64,000 nt of DNA from an uncultured Gammaproteobacteria bacterium (GCA_963721085.1 CAVRHW010000021.1:65580-129579), one strand, 5' to 3'. Counted from the first letter of the stretch, positions 11,867-23,164 are shown. The notes: a model not told the origin generated them from the sequence alone. Numbers and translations: made by a program.

Positions 11867-12550
11867 TTAAGCCAGCTGCTTACGGCCAAATCCGATCATT
11901 GCGAACAATCCCGAAGCAAACAGCCAGCCCGTTGCCGGCACCGGTACCGTACTCACGGCTACCGATGAGCAGTCACCACTGCCGGTGATATTGGCAGTTC
12001 CGGGCGTGATGCAACCGAGCTGAAAATCAGCCAGATTGTTATTGGTATCGACTCCATCTGGCAAACGCGACAGGCTGGTGATGATGCTGCCGCTGTCCGC
12101 CAGTGTGGTCGCAGTACCTTCGGTGGCTGATGGAACATCGCCTTCGTATGATATTGAATCAACGATATTGCCATTCTCGAGCAGCGCGACCGCGTCGGGT
12201 GCGCCGTTCTGGAACCAGCCTGAACTGCCGGTAAACGCGTAGTTGCAGTTCGCTACCTGTGAGGCGCTGTCGCAAACAACAAAATAACTATTGGCCGCCA
12301 TATTAAAGCCGTTCAGGTCGATGCTTCGGTAAACACTGTCATCACCTCCATTGATCAGATTAATCGAGAAGGTATCGAGCGCTACGCTGGAACTGCTGTT
12401 GTTGTAGAGTTCGATGAACTCGGCAGTGTCAGCGCCAGGCTGGTCGTAATCAATCTCATTGATGACCACGGCGGCCTGGGTTGCACTGGTGACAGCAAGG
12501 CCCGCCAGTGTACAGATCGCGAGTGTGCAGATAGATAAAAATGGTTTCAT
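11867..12550 (-). CDS. secreted lamin-tail-domain (LTD) protein with PEP-CTERM-type anchor
   Basis: GGGAG RBS before the ATG at 12550. Signal peptide ends SATQA. Contains VVINEIDYDQPGADTAEFIELYN (LTD signature). C-terminus is VPVPATGWLFASGLFAMIGFGRKQLA. Confidence 0.7.
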   Translation of the reverse strand: MKPFLSICTLAICTLAGLAVTSATQAAVVINEIDYDQPGADTAEFIELYNNSSSSVALDTFSINLINGGDDSVYRSIDLNGFNMAANSYFVVCDSASQVANCNYAFTGSSGWFQNGAPDAVALLENGNIVDSISYEGDVPSATEGTATTLADSGSIITSLSRLPDGVDTNNNLADFQLGCITPGTANITGSGDCSSVAVSTVPVPATGWLFASGLFAMIGFGRKQLA

Positions 12551-12788
12551 TTCACTACTCCCTATGATTATTAAAGTGTGTTGATGCAACACACAGCATC
12601 ACCTGCCGCGAGCACGGAGACGCTGAATAATAAAAACAGGAAATATGTAAATACTGCGACAACCGATCCCTGTGTCGACTATTCGTTACATCCCTGTGCC
12701 AGAAGGCAGGTACCACACAGACATTCTGTCTGTGATGAAAATACTAATACTGAAAGAGCGTTTTTTCAAGGCCCATTTCAATTTCAGG

Positions 12789-14459
12789 TCAGGCGTTGGC
12801 TTTGTCGATTTTCGCCCAGGTATCGCGCAGGGTAACCGTGCGATTGAATACCAGCTCGCTGCTCTTGTTGTCTTTGACAAAATATCCGATACGTTCGAAC
12901 TGATACGAGGTATTGTGATCTGCTTCTGCGAGCGCGGGTTCCAGTTTGCACTGATTGAGAACCTGCAATGATTCCGGATTCAGGTGTGCGAGATGATCAT
13001 CGCAGCCACCGGGATCGGGATGCGTGTAAAGACGGTCGTAAAGATTGACCGTGGCGTCGATCGCGTGCGCGGCCGAGACCCAGTGAATCGTGCCTTTGAC
13101 TTTTCTGCCGTCGGGCGAATCACCGCCGCGGGTGGCGGGATCATAGGTACAGATCAGCTCGATCACCTTGCCGTCTGCATCTTTGATCACGTCGGTGCAG
13201 GTCACGTAATAGGCATAACGCAAACGTACTTCGCGGCCCAGTGAAAGACGGAAAAACTTGTTCGGTGCGTCTTCCATAAAATCATCGCGCTCGACATACA
13301 GCGTTTTTGAAAACGGCACCGTGCGTGTGCCCAGTTCCGGCTTTTGCGGATGGTTCGCTGCGGTCATTTCTTCGACCTGGTCGTCCGGGTAATTGGCGAT
13401 GGTGACTTTTAACGGATCGAGCACCGCCATCACGCGCAGCGCGCGCTCATTCAAGTCTTCGCGCACACAGTTTTCCAGCACGGCCATTTCGATAAAGCTG
13501 TCTTTTTTGGTGACGCCGATGCGATCGCAAAAATCGCGCAGTGCTGCCGGCGGGATGCCGCGGCGGCGCAAACCGCTGATCGTCGGCAGGCGCGGATCGT
13601 CCCAGCCGGACACGTGTTTTTCGGTGACCAGCTGGTTGAGTTTGCGTTTGCTGGTGATGGTGTATTTTAGTTGCAGACGGGCGAATTCGATCTGTCTTGG
13701 ATGGCAGGGAACATCGAGCTGATCCAGTACCCAGTCGTAGAGCGGGCGGTGGTCTTCGAATTCCAGCGTGCATAAAGAATGCGTGATGTTTTCCAGTGCA
13801 TCTGAGATGCAGTGGGTGTAATCGTACATCGGGTAGATCGGCCAGGCATCACCGGTGCGCTGATGGTGCTCGTGCTTGATGCGATAGATCGCCGGGTCGC
13901 GCATATTGATATTGGGCGAGGCCATATCGATTTTGGCGCGCAGCACGTATTCACCGTCATTAAATTCGCCGGCGCGCATGCGCGTGAACAGGTCGAGGTT
14001 TTCTTCGATGGAACGATTACGGTCCGGGCTTTCTTTTCCGGGTTCTGTCAGCGTGCCGCGGTATTCGCGAATCTCGTGCGCATTGAGCGAATCAACATAG
14101 GCCTTGCCCTGCTTGATCAGGTCGATTGCGAATTGATACAGCTGTTCAAAATAATCCGATGCGTGGCGCAGTTCGCTCCACTCGAAACCCAGCCACTGCA
14201 CATCGGCCTTGATCGACTCGACATATTCGTCGTCTTCTTTTTCCGGGTTGGTGTCGTCGAAGCGCAGATTGCACTTACCATTAAAATCGCGCGCCACGCC
14301 AAAGTTCAGGCAAATGGATTTGGCGTGACCGATATGCAGATAACCATTGGGCTCGGGCGGAAACCGTGTCTGGATCAGGCTGTGCTTGCCCGAGGCAAGG
14401 TCGTCCTGAACGATGTTGCGGATAAAATTAGTAGGAGCGGTTTTTTCTTCTGCGGCCAT
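12789..14459 (-). CDS. glnS: glutamine--tRNA ligase
   Basis: [17 protein letters not shown] (HIGH) and overall GlnRS-like sequence. Start taken as the ATG at 14459 ([14 protein letters not shown]). Confidence 0.95.
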   Translation of the reverse strand: MAAEEKTAPTNFIRNIVQDDLASGKHSLIQTRFPPEPNGYLHIGHAKSICLNFGVARDFNGKCNLRFDDTNPEKEDDEYVESIKADVQWLGFEWSELRHASDYFEQLYQFAIDLIKQGKAYVDSLNAHEIREYRGTLTEPGKESPDRNRSIEENLDLFTRMRAGEFNDGEYVLRAKIDMASPNINMRDPAIYRIKHEHHQRTGDAWPIYPMYDYTHCISDALENITHSLCTLEFEDHRPLYDWVLDQLDVPCHPRQIEFARLQLKYTITSKRKLNQLVTEKHVSGWDDPRLPTISGLRRRGIPPAALRDFCDRIGVTKKDSFIEMAVLENCVREDLNERALRVMAVLDPLKVTIANYPDDQVEEMTAANHPQKPELGTRTVPFSKTLYVERDDFMEDAPNKFFRLSLGREVRLRYAYYVTCTDVIKDADGKVIELICTYDPATRGGDSPDGRKVKGTIHWVSAAHAIDATVNLYDRLYTHPDPGGCDDHLAHLNPESLQVLNQCKLEPALAEADHNTSYQFERIGYFVKDNKSSELVFNRTVTLRDTWAKIDKANA

Positions 14460-14597
14460 GGGCTCTGTCTTTTGCGAAGGTGCTGGCGGCGTATTGTACA
14501 TGGCTGGCCGTGTCTTTGTGCAGGCCTGCAGCAGAAACAACTGCAAAACCGGTGCTAGCTGTGTGTTTGACTTCGCCTGTTATAAACTGCGACCCAT

Positions 14598-15417
14598 ATG
14601 AGTGCAGCCACAACCAGTATCGACAGACTCGACAGCGGGCAAATTTTGCATATCTTGCATGACACCGGTAGCGTGCCCTGTGCTGTGCAGGTGTTCGAAC
14701 AGATCGATTCCACGAATGCCTGGTTGCTGCAACAGTGCCGCGCAGGTGCTGAGCTGCCGCTGGCCTGTATCGCTGACAGCCAGAACGCGGGCCGCGGTCG
14801 TCGTGGCCGGGTCTGGCATTCGCCTGCTGGCAGCAATATCTATATGAGCCTGGGCTGGGAGTTTAAAAATTCGGCTGCCGAGCTCGGCGCGTTTTCATTA
14901 TTGATCGGGGTGGCGCTGGTGCGTGTTTTGAAACAGATCGGCATTCGCCAGGCAAAACTGAAATGGCCCAACGATGTGCTGGTCGACAATAAAAAGCTCG
15001 CCGGCATTCTGATCGAAACCCAGAACCGGCAGGATGGCAGCCTCGCGGTCGTGATCGGTATCGGGCTGAATGTCCATATGTCAGAAGCTGAACGCATACA
15101 GATCGACCAGGCCTGTACCGATGTATGCTGAATGGCTGCCCGATGCTCTTGATCGTAACCGGCTGGTCGCGCTACTGCTTATAGAATGTATCGCGGTGTG
15201 CCAGGGCTTTCCGCAAAACAGTGCTGAGCTGCTGGCGGAATACCGCCGGGATTATGATGCGCTGAAAAACCAGCCGGTGACGATACGACGAGACGATGGC
15301 TCACAACAAACCGCGCTGTCACTGGGCGTGGCGGCAGACGGTGCCTTGCAGGTGCAGGTCGATGGTGTCGAGCAGCGCCTGATGGCGGCCGATGTCAGTT
15401 TGCGGTGGGCAACATGA
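14598..15417 (+). CDS. birA: biotin--[acetyl-CoA-carboxylase] ligase (no N-terminal HTH), interrupted by an apparent 1-nt insertion near 15115-15131
   Basis: The QNAGRGRRGRVWHSPAG motif is in ORF 14598..15131. The C-terminal domain is in ORF 15070..15417. Confidence 0.85.
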
Positions 15418-16181
15418 CAGCCTCTTCAATCCTGACCGTAGACATGGGTAACAGCCGAATCAAATGGGCGTCGTGGAAAAAGGCGGCCGTGGTTGAGCAG
15501 GGTGCACATGTTTATAACAGCGACAATCTGCCGGACGTTTTGAGCCAGGCCTGGAATCAGCTGGAAGCGCCCGGGACTGTCATGCTGGCCTGCGTTGCTG
15601 GCGATGAAGTTGAAACAAAAATGCAACACTGGCTGGCCGAGCACTGGCAGCTCGAAGCTCGAGTGTTGCGCTCGACCAGAGAGTTTGCCGGGCTCAGCCA
15701 CGCTTATCAGCATCCGGAGCAGCACGGTGCTGACCGCTGGGCCGCGATGATTGCAGCGCGCGATCTGTATCAAACGCCTTTGTGTGTCATCAGTTGCGGC
15801 ACTGCGACCACGCTGGATTTGATCGATGCGGATGGCAGGCACCTGGGTGGTCAGATCATGCCTGGCGCCGAGCTGATGTTCGCTGCGCTTAAATCGCGCA
15901 TACCGGTATTGTCGGATCTCGAGTTTTCGAGCGCGGCGCCAGCAGGGCCGTTTGCCACGAATACAGCTGACGCGGTACGGCTGGGTATTTCGCAAATGGC
16001 GGTGGCGGGGCTGGATCGCGCCTGCGATGCGGCGCGTGAGCAGCTGGGAGCTGATATGAAAATTCTGATCACAGGCGGAGCGGCGACTGTTATCCTCGCC
16101 TTGATGAAAAACGCGGCTGAATTACAACCTGATCTGGTGCTGCGCGGTTTATATCTGGCCTCGCAGCAGGAGAATGCCTGA
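15414..16181 (+). CDS. coaX: type III pantothenate kinase
   Basis: LTVDMGNSRIKW N-terminus and GTATT motif. The ATG at 15414 overlaps the birA stop (ATGA). Confidence 0.9.
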   Translation: MTASSILTVDMGNSRIKWASWKKAAVVEQGAHVYNSDNLPDVLSQAWNQLEAPGTVMLACVAGDEVETKMQHWLAEHWQLEARVLRSTREFAGLSHAYQHPEQHGADRWAAMIAARDLYQTPLCVISCGTATTLDLIDADGRHLGGQIMPGAELMFAALKSRIPVLSDLEFSSAAPAGPFATNTADAVRLGISQMAVAGLDRACDAAREQLGADMKILITGGAATVILALMKNAAELQPDLVLRGLYLASQQENA

Positions 16182-16939
16182 TGCGCTGGATATTCCTGCT
16201 GCTGCTGGCGGCGAATATCGGCTATGTGGCCTGGGAGCTGAAACATCCCGAACCCCATCGGCATGTGGTGTCAGACGACCCGAATGTGCCAAAACTGGTG
16301 CTGTTGAGCGAACTGGACAAGACAGCACAGTCTTCGCTGGCAAAGAGCGATACAGCGACAAAAGCAGCGCAGGCAAAACCGGAAAGCAAGTCCACAAAAG
16401 CGCCAGAACCGGTGGTTGCAGACAAGGAACAAACGCCGCTGCCTGCACCACCCGAAACCAGAAAACCAGTGCCGCCGAGCTTTGCCTGTTACACCCTGGG
16501 ACCGTTCCGGGATATCGCAGATTTACGCAAGCTGACTCGAGACATACGCGATTATGTGGCCGAAGCTTCGTTCCGTAGCCATGAAGAGCGCGAGCAGTCG
16601 ATGTACTGGGTGTATTTGCCGCCACAAAAGAGCCACGAAGCCGCGAACGCGCTCGCGGCCAGTCTAAAGCGCAAAAATATCCGCGATTATTATGTGGTTC
16701 CCAAAGGCGATCAGGCGAACGCGATTTCACTCGGCCATTTCAAGGAAAAAAATGGCGCGCTGCAGGTACAGAAAAAAGCAAAGGCCGCGGGTTTTCCCGC
16801 CAGAATCGAGCCGGTGTTCAAAACCTATACCATCTACTGGCTGGATTATCGAGTGAAGGCCGATCGAACGATCCCGCAGACGGTGCTGAACCTGTCGAAT
16901 ATGCCCGGCGTCAGCCGTCTGGAACGCAGCTGTAAGTAG
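16181..16939 (+). CDS. SPOR domain-containing membrane protein
   Basis: N-terminal TM helix, a low-complexity linker and a C-terminal SPOR-like repeat (YWVYLPP ... ISLGHF ... A). Confidence 0.65.
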   Translation: MRWIFLLLLAANIGYVAWELKHPEPHRHVVSDDPNVPKLVLLSELDKTAQSSLAKSDTATKAAQAKPESKSTKAPEPVVADKEQTPLPAPPETRKPVPPSFACYTLGPFRDIADLRKLTRDIRDYVAEASFRSHEEREQSMYWVYLPPQKSHEAANALAASLKRKNIRDYYVVPKGDQANAISLGHFKEKNGALQVQKKAKAAGFPARIEPVFKTYTIYWLDYRVKADRTIPQTVLNLSNMPGVSRLERSCK

Positions 16940-17144
16940 TTTTTATATGAAACAGCTGGTTTTTATCACCAGATTGCCTGGCTAATGCGCCAGGACTGAA
17001 AATAATCCCGATTTCCTCAGCTTAATTGCACCTTGCACATTGCTTTAGTGATCTGCTTTCCCTAAAATTGCCCGCCTTGCACGTAGGCGACTTGAAGCGA
17101 GGCCGGAACGGATGGGCGCCGCGCTGACAATTTAGCAAAAAATT

Positions 17145-17220
17145 GCCGGAGTAGCTCAGTTGGTAGAGCGCCTCACTTGTAATGAGGATGTCGCGGGTTC
17201 AACTCCTGTCTCCGGCTCCA
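17145..17220 (+). tRNA. tRNA-Thr (anticodon TGT)
   Basis: Hand-folded cloverleaf: acceptor GCCGGAG/CTCCGGC, anticodon loop CTTGTAA, encoded CCA. Confidence 0.9.
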
Positions 17221-17295
17221 GATTTTAGTTGCCGTATCAGATTGTTACGGTTGACAGTGATGCTGCGCACGCGCAAAATACGCGGCTTGATTTTT

Positions 17296-17380
17296 GGAGG
17301 GGTTCCCGAGTGGCTAAAGGGGGCAGACTGTAAATCTGCTGGTTCTACCTTCGGTGGTTCGAATCCACCCCCCTCCACCA
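17296..17380 (+). tRNA. tRNA-Tyr (anticodon GTA), class II with long variable arm
   Basis: Acceptor GGAGGGG/CCCCTCC, anticodon loop CTGTAAA, T-arm GGTGG-TTCGAAT-CCACC, encoded CCA. Confidence 0.9.
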
Positions 17381-17700
17381 TAGGAAAGGATTTTCCCACC
17401 TCCAAAAAAGGGGGTGGATTAGAACCACCGAGATCAATAGATGGGTTCGACTGATTCGCCGGGAGCGAATCAGAACGCGCAAAGCGCGGCCCGGAACGGA
17501 GTGAGGGCGGAAGGCAGGAGCCCGGAGTAATCCACCCCCCTCCACCAAAGGAAAAGATTTTCCCGCCTCTGTAAAAGGGGGTGGATGCGGACCCCCGAAG
17601 GAATCATAGAGAGGGTTTGACTAATTGATTCGCCAGAAGCGAATCGTAGCCCAGGCTGACAGAGTCGCCGGGCGAGAAGGGTTGGCTGGGACCGGTCATC
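17362..17700 (+). repeat. tandem ~167-bp repeat that starts with the last 19 nt of tRNA-Tyr
   Basis: AATCCACCCCCCTCCACCA occurs at 17362-17380 and again at 17529-17547. The following ~110 nt of both units align (GGAAA.GATTTTCCC, AAAAGGGGGTGGAT, and a GATTCGCC..GCGAATC hairpin). Confidence 0.8.
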
Positions 17701-17743
17701 AAGGGTTATCGCGCTGAAGCCGCTGGTACCAGGCACTGAATGT

Positions 17744-17817
17744 GCGGGTGTAGTTCAATGGTAGAACTTCAGCCTTCCAAGCTGACTGTGTGGGTTCGAT
17801 TCCCATCACCCGCTCCA
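17744..17817 (+). tRNA. tRNA-Gly (anticodon TCC)
   Basis: Acceptor GCGGGTG/CACCCGC, anticodon loop CTTCCAA, encoded CCA. Confidence 0.9.
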
Positions 17818-17953
17818 GTTTTTTGGGGTGAAACGAAGCAATTTTGAAGAATTTTGGTCTCAGACCTGAATAATCTGAGGCTGGCGAGCGAGGTGGGTAG
17901 GTGAGAGTTTCAGTGATTTCTCGCTACGCATCTGGTACTCGAAACCGAACCTT

Positions 17954-18029
<76 letters not shown>

Positions 18030-18087
18030 TTAAATATATTTATTGGGTTTTTTTCTTAAACATCTAGATCCGGGGGAGACATTTAAA

Positions 18088-19278
18088 ATGTCCAAGGGAA
18101 AATTTGAGCGTAACAAGACGCACGTGAACGTAGGCACCATAGGCCACGTTGACCATGGCAAGACGACATTGACCGCAGCCCTGACCACGGTCATGGCCGC
18201 AACATACGGCGGTGATACCAAAGCGTTCGACCAGATCGACAACGCACCGGAAGAAAAAGCACGTGGTATCACGATTGCGACCTCGCACGTTGAATACGAA
18301 AGCGCCACACGTCACTACGCGCACGTAGACTGCCCCGGACACGCCGACTACGTAAAAAACATGATCACCGGTGCTGCGCAGATGGACGGCGCAATCCTGG
18401 TCTGTTCTGCTGCTGACGGCCCGATGCCGCAGACCCGTGAGCACATCCTGCTGTCACGCCAGGTCGGTGTACCGTACATCGTGGTCTACCTGAACAAAGC
18501 CGACATGGTCGACGATGCCGAACTGCTGGAACTGGTTGAAATGGAAGTGCGCGAACTGCTGGACGCCTACGAATTTCCCGGTGACGACACCCCGATCATC
18601 ATCGGCTCAGCACTGAAAGCGCTGGAAGGCGACACCTCGGACATCGGCACCCCCTCGATCGTGAAACTGGTCGAAGCACTGGACAGCTACATCCCGGACC
18701 CGGTCCGCGCTGTTGACCAGCCGTTCCTGATGCCGGTGGAAGACGTATTCTCGATCTCAGGTCGCGGTACCGTTGTTACCGGTCGTGTCGAACGCGGCGT
18801 GATCAAAGTGGGCGAAGAAATCGAAATCGTCGGTATCCGCGACACCCAGACCACCACCGTGACCGGTGTCGAAATGTTCCGCAAACTGCTGGACCAGGGT
18901 GAAGCCGGCGACAACGTAGGCCTGCTGCTGCGCGGCACCAAGCGCGAAGACGTGGAACGCGGCCAGGTATGCTGCAAACCCAAGAGCGTGAACCCGCACA
19001 CCAAGTTTGAATGCGAAGTCTATGTACTGAGCAAAGACGAAGGCGGCCGTCATACCCCGTTCTTCAACAACTACCGTCCGCAGTTCTACTTCCGCACCAC
19101 CGACGTCACTGGCGCCTGTGATCTGCCGGAAGGCGTAGAGATGGTGATGCCGGGCGACAACGTGAAAATGGTGGTCAGCCTGATCAACCCGATCGCGATG
19201 GAAGAAGGTCTGCGCTTTGCGATCCGCGAAGGTGGCCGTACTGTCGGCGCCGGCGTGGTCAGTAAGATTATTGAGTAA
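18088..19278 (+). CDS. tuf: translation elongation factor Tu
   Basis: [28 protein letters not shown] ... DCPGHADY ... NKAD. 396 aa counted from the ATG at 18088. Confidence 0.98.
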   Translation: MSKGKFERNKTHVNVGTIGHVDHGKTTLTAALTTVMAATYGGDTKAFDQIDNAPEEKARGITIATSHVEYESATRHYAHVDCPGHADYVKNMITGAAQMDGAILVCSAADGPMPQTREHILLSRQVGVPYIVVYLNKADMVDDAELLELVEMEVRELLDAYEFPGDDTPIIIGSALKALEGDTSDIGTPSIVKLVEALDSYIPDPVRAVDQPFLMPVEDVFSISGRGTVVTGRVERGVIKVGEEIEIVGIRDTQTTTVTGVEMFRKLLDQGEAGDNVGLLLRGTKREDVERGQVCCKPKSVNPHTKFECEVYVLSKDEGGRHTPFFNNYRPQFYFRTTDVTGACDLPEGVEMVMPGDNVKMVVSLINPIAMEEGLRFAIREGGRTVGAGVVSKIIE

Positions 19279-19368
19279 GTAAACACCGAGGGCGGCATCG
19301 TAGTCGATGCCGCCTGTAACTAACATTGTCTCGGCGAAACCCGGGATTGTTCTTTTGAGGTAAGAGTA

Positions 19369-19680
19369 ATGGCAAATCAACATATTCGTATTCGTCTGAA
19401 AGCATTCGATCATCACCTGATCGACAAATCAGCGAGTGAAATTATAGAAACGGCGAAACGCACCGGTGCTCGTGTCAAAGGCCCGATTCCGCTGCCGACC
19501 AAAAAAGAGCGTTTCACGATATTGATTTCGCCACATGTCGACAAGGACGCCCGTGACCAGTACGAGATCCGTACCCACAAGCGCCTGCTCGATATTATCG
19601 ATCCGACCGACAAGACCGTGGACGCGCTGATGAAGCTGGACCTGTCTGCCGGTGTGGATGTCCAGATTAAGCTGAATTGA
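19369..19680 (+). CDS. rpsJ: 30S ribosomal protein S10
   Basis: [13 protein letters not shown] ... conserved S10 sequence; 103 aa. Confidence 0.97.
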   Translation: MANQHIRIRLKAFDHHLIDKSASEIIETAKRTGARVKGPIPLPTKKERFTILISPHVDKDARDQYEIRTHKRLLDIIDPTDKTVDALMKLDLSAGVDVQIKLN

Positions 19681-20070
19681 CGCGAAGCGTCATCCCCGAT
19701 CAGTAGTACGGGGATGGCCCTGGCGGCTGGACCTGAATTATTTGTAGAAAAACCGGGGATTAACCCCGGCTTAAGCTTGTTTGACAGGAGAAAACTCCTG
19801 TATAATGCGCGCTCTTTGCTGCCTGGCTAAGACGAGGTTTTTTCAGACTCGGTCTCATAAAGTCACGGCGCATTGTTCACATTATCGTAAGTCCATGATA
19901 ATAAAGCCGAAAAGGTGTATCTGGATACTGCGACAACGAGAAGAGTAGCTGCGACCTTGCCGCAGCGAGTTTTTGAGTTACTGATTAATCTATTAACCCT
20001 GGTGGTTACCGGGGTTGAGTGGCTGGTTTTCCTCTTTGAGGGGCCGGTTTTTTATTGAGCGGGAATCGAC
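19681..20070 (+). promoter_or_regulatory. unusually long structured rpsJ-rplC spacer with promoter-like and terminator/attenuator-like elements
   Basis: Hairpins at 19691-19716 and 19753-19769. TATAAT at 19801-19806. Hairpin 19948-19966 followed by T5. Hairpin 20023-20047 followed by TTTTTTATT, ending 14 nt before the rplC ATG. Confidence 0.5.
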
Positions 20071-20709
20071 ATGACTATTGGTATTGTAGGCAGAAAGGCT
20101 GGAATGACACGTATCTTCACTGAAGATGGCGATTCTATCCCTGTGAGCGTGATCGAAATTACGCCGAATCGCATTACCCAGATCAAAACCACTGATGTCG
20201 ATGGCTACCAGGCGATCCAGGTTACCACCGGCGTGCGCCGTGCCAGCCGCGTTACCAAGCCAATGGCGGGTCATTTTGCCAAGGCGGGTGTTGAGGCAGG
20301 CCGTGGTCTGTGGGAATTTCGCGTCGCTGGTGAAGAAGCGGCCGATCTGGCGGTTGGTGGCGAGCTGTCCCTGAGCATGTTCGAAGCCGGCCAGAAAGTG
20401 GACGTCACCGGTCGCACCATTGGTAAAGGTTTTCAGGGCGGCATCAAGCGCCACAATTTTTCGATGCAGGATGCGACCCACGGTAACTCATTGTCGCACC
20501 GTTCCAACGGTTCGATCGGTCAGAACCAGACGCCGGGTCGTGTTGTTAAAGGCAAAAAAATGTCTGGCCACATGGGTAATGTGCGCAACACCACGCAGAA
20601 TCTTGAGCTGGTGCGTGTGGATAGCGAACGCGGTCTGTTGCTGGTCAAAGGCGCCATACCGGGTGCCGCAGGTGGCGACGTAATCATTCAGCCTGCAGTC
20701 AAGGCCTGA
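20071..20709 (+). CDS. rplC: 50S ribosomal protein L3
   Basis: Conserved L3 sequence ([14 protein letters not shown] ... [11 protein letters not shown]); S10-operon position. Confidence 0.97.
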   Translation: MTIGIVGRKAGMTRIFTEDGDSIPVSVIEITPNRITQIKTTDVDGYQAIQVTTGVRRASRVTKPMAGHFAKAGVEAGRGLWEFRVAGEEAADLAVGGELSLSMFEAGQKVDVTGRTIGKGFQGGIKRHNFSMQDATHGNSLSHRSNGSIGQNQTPGRVVKGKKMSGHMGNVRNTTQNLELVRVDSERGLLLVKGAIPGAAGGDVIIQPAVKA

Positions 20710-20748
20710 GTTTTTTGAATCAGTAAAGAGTAGACGAGAGACAGATTC

Positions 20749-21354
20749 ATGGATATGCAATTGCATAACAGTAAAGAAAAGATTGCTGTATCCGATGCAG
20801 TATTTGCTTCAGAGTTTAATGAAGCGCTGGTGCATCAGCTGGTAACGGCTTACATGGCGGCGGGCCGCTCCGGCACCAAGGCGCAGAAAAACCGCGCAGC
20901 TGTCAGTGGCGGCGGCGCCAAGCCGTGGAAACAGAAAGGTTCAGGCCGTGCGCGTGCCGGTACTATCCGCAGCCCGCTGTGGAGAACAGGTGGTGTGACT
21001 TTCGCTGCGCAACCGCGCGATTACACCCAGAAGCTGAACAAAAAAATGTACCGTGCCGGTATTCGTTCGATTTTTTCCGAGCTGGCGCGTTTGAATCGTT
21101 TAATCATTGTTGATGACATTACAGTCGACGCGCCAAAAACCAAGCAGCTGCTTGGCAAGCTGGCTGACCTGGGTGTGACCCAGACGCTGATTGTGACCGA
21201 AACCGGCGATGAAAAATTATATTTGTCCGCACGTAATTTATACCGCGTTGAAGTGACCGATGTAGCTGGCCTGAATCCTGTCATTCTTGTTGGTTATGAG
21301 AATGTTGTGGTCACCGTGGGTGCGATTCGCGCAATTGAAGAGTGGCTGTCATGA
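20749..21354 (+). CDS. rplD: 50S ribosomal protein L4
   Basis: [24 protein letters not shown] motif; operon position. Confidence 0.96.
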   Translation: MDMQLHNSKEKIAVSDAVFASEFNEALVHQLVTAYMAAGRSGTKAQKNRAAVSGGGAKPWKQKGSGRARAGTIRSPLWRTGGVTFAAQPRDYTQKLNKKMYRAGIRSIFSELARLNRLIIVDDITVDAPKTKQLLGKLADLGVTQTLIVTETGDEKLYLSARNLYRVEVTDVAGLNPVILVGYENVVVTVGAIRAIEEWLS

Positions 21355-21647
21355 ACCAGGAACGTATGTATCAAGTGTTACGCGCGCCGCATATATCTGA
21401 AAAAGGTACCGTGCTGGCTGACACATGTAACCAGCACGTATTTAAAGTGGCTTCTGATGCAACCAAGGCAGAAGTCAAACAAGCTGTCGAAGGCATCTTT
21501 AATGTCAAAGTTGATAAGGTCCGCATCCTGAACAACAAAGGCAAATGCAAGCGCTTCAGTGGCCGCATGGGTAAACGCAGTGATTTGCGCAAGGCCTATG
21601 TGACTTTGATGGCAGATAATGACATTGATTTAGCTGGAACCATCTAG
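21351..21647 (+). CDS. rplW: 50S ribosomal protein L23
   Basis: [18 protein letters not shown]. The ATG at 21351 overlaps the rplD stop (ATGA). Confidence 0.95.
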   Translation: MNQERMYQVLRAPHISEKGTVLADTCNQHVFKVASDATKAEVKQAVEGIFNVKVDKVRILNNKGKCKRFSGRMGKRSDLRKAYVTLMADNDIDLAGTI

Positions 21648-21679
21648 GCCAGGCTGAGAGAGATAGGGGCTGTTATAAC

Positions 21680-22507
21680 ATGGCAATTGTAAAAACCAAG
21701 CCAACATCACCGGGCAGACGTTTCGTCGTCAAGGTTGTTGATAAGGACCTGCACAAGGGTGCGCCTGAGCGCGCACTGACTGAGCACAAGCATAAGCACG
21801 GTGGCCGTAATAACGCTGGCCGTATTACGACTCGTCATGTAGGTGGTGGTCATAAACAGCTGTATCGCGTTATTGATTTCAAGCGCGATAAAGACGGTAT
21901 TGCTTCACGTGTTGAACGTATTGAATATGATCCAAACCGCAGCGCCAATATCGCTCTGCTGGTATTCGCTGATGGCGAAAAGCGTTACATCATCGCACCC
22001 AAGGGTGTGAGTGCAGGCGATCAGCTGATTTCTGGCAGCAACGCGCCGATTAAAGTGGGTAACTGTCTGCCATTGCGCAATGTGCCTGTAGGTACTCAGG
22101 TGCACTGTGTAGAAATGAAGCCTGGCAAGGGTGCGCAGATTGCGCGCTCCGCCGGTAACTCGGTGCAGTTGCTGGCTCGCGAAGGCCTGTACGCAACACT
22201 GCGTTTGCGCTCGGGCGAAGTTCGCAAGATTCACGTGAATTGCCGCGCCACCATTGGTGAAGTCGGTAATTCAGAACACGGTCTGCGTTCACTGGGTAAA
22301 GCCGGTGCAACACGCTGGCGTGGTGTTCGTCCCACGGTTCGTGGTGTGGTTATGAACCCGGTAGACCATCCACACGGTGGTGGTGAAGGCAGAACCTCTG
22401 GTGGCCGTCATCCGGTTTCACCATGGGGTGTACCAACCAAGGGCTACAGAACACGTAGTAATAAACGTACTGACGGCATGATTGTTCGCCGCCGTTATAA
22501 GAAGTAA
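21680..22507 (+). CDS. rplB: 50S ribosomal protein L2
   Basis: [14 protein letters not shown] ... [14 protein letters not shown]. Confidence 0.98.
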   Translation: MAIVKTKPTSPGRRFVVKVVDKDLHKGAPERALTEHKHKHGGRNNAGRITTRHVGGGHKQLYRVIDFKRDKDGIASRVERIEYDPNRSANIALLVFADGEKRYIIAPKGVSAGDQLISGSNAPIKVGNCLPLRNVPVGTQVHCVEMKPGKGAQIARSAGNSVQLLAREGLYATLRLRSGEVRKIHVNCRATIGEVGNSEHGLRSLGKAGATRWRGVRPTVRGVVMNPVDHPHGGGEGRTSGGRHPVSPWGVPTKGYRTRSNKRTDGMIVRRRYKK

Positions 22508-22535
22508 TACGTAAAGAATATTAAGAGGAAAAATT

Positions 22536-22808
22536 GTGCCACGTTCATTAAAGAAAGGTCCGTTCATTGACCATCATCTTTTAAACAAGGTGACAACGGC
22601 GAAGCAGGCAAATGATCGCAAACCGATAAAAACCTGGTCGCGCCGTTCCACGATTTTTCCTGAAATGGTGGGTTTGACCATAGCGGTACACAACGGCAAG
22701 GTGCATGTGCCCGTGCTGGTGAATGAAAACATGGTAGGCCATAAGCTTGGCGAATTTGCACTGACCCGTACTTATAAAGGTCATGTTGCGAACAAGAAAA
22801 CGAAGTGA
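22536..22808 (+). CDS. rpsS: 30S ribosomal protein S19
   Basis: [15 protein letters not shown] ... VHNGK..VPV; GTG start. Confidence 0.97.
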   Translation: MPRSLKKGPFIDHHLLNKVTTAKQANDRKPIKTWSRRSTIFPEMVGLTIAVHNGKVHVPVLVNENMVGHKLGEFALTRTYKGHVANKKTK

Positions 22809-22816
22809 GGTGAGGC

Positions 22817-23149
22817 GTGGAAGTTATAGCTAAACATAGATTTGCACGTATATCGCCACAGAAGTGTCGCCTGGTGGCTGACCAGATTCGTGGTTTGAAA
22901 GTAGATGCCGCACTGACTGCATTGACCTTTGGTGACACCAAGTCATCCGAGCTGGTTAAAAAAGTGCTCGAATCTGCTATTGCCAATGCCGAGCATAACG
23001 AAGGTGCGGATATTGACGAACTGAAAGTATCAAAGATTTATGTTGATGCCGGTCCGGTCATGAAACGTATTCAGCCGCGCGCCAAAGGCCGTGCTAACCG
23101 AATTTTAAAGCGCACAAGTCACATTACTGTCTGTGTGGCAGATCGCTAA
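22817..23149 (+). CDS. rplV: 50S ribosomal protein L22
   Basis: [17 protein letters not shown] ... ANAEHN; GTG start. Confidence 0.96.
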   Translation: MEVIAKHRFARISPQKCRLVADQIRGLKVDAALTALTFGDTKSSELVKKVLESAIANAEHNEGADIDELKVSKIYVDAGPVMKRIQPRAKGRANRILKRTSHITVCVADR

Positions 23150-23164
23150 AGAGAGAACGATTCA

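Noticed and set aside
19781-19806. Perfect TTGACA and perfect TATAAT hexamers in the rpsJ-rplC spacer read as a consensus sigma-70 promoter.
   Set aside because: The two hexamers are only 14 nt apart, too short for a functional -35/-10 pair. Only TATAAT with the weaker TTGTTT at 18-nt spacing is retained as a tentative promoter.
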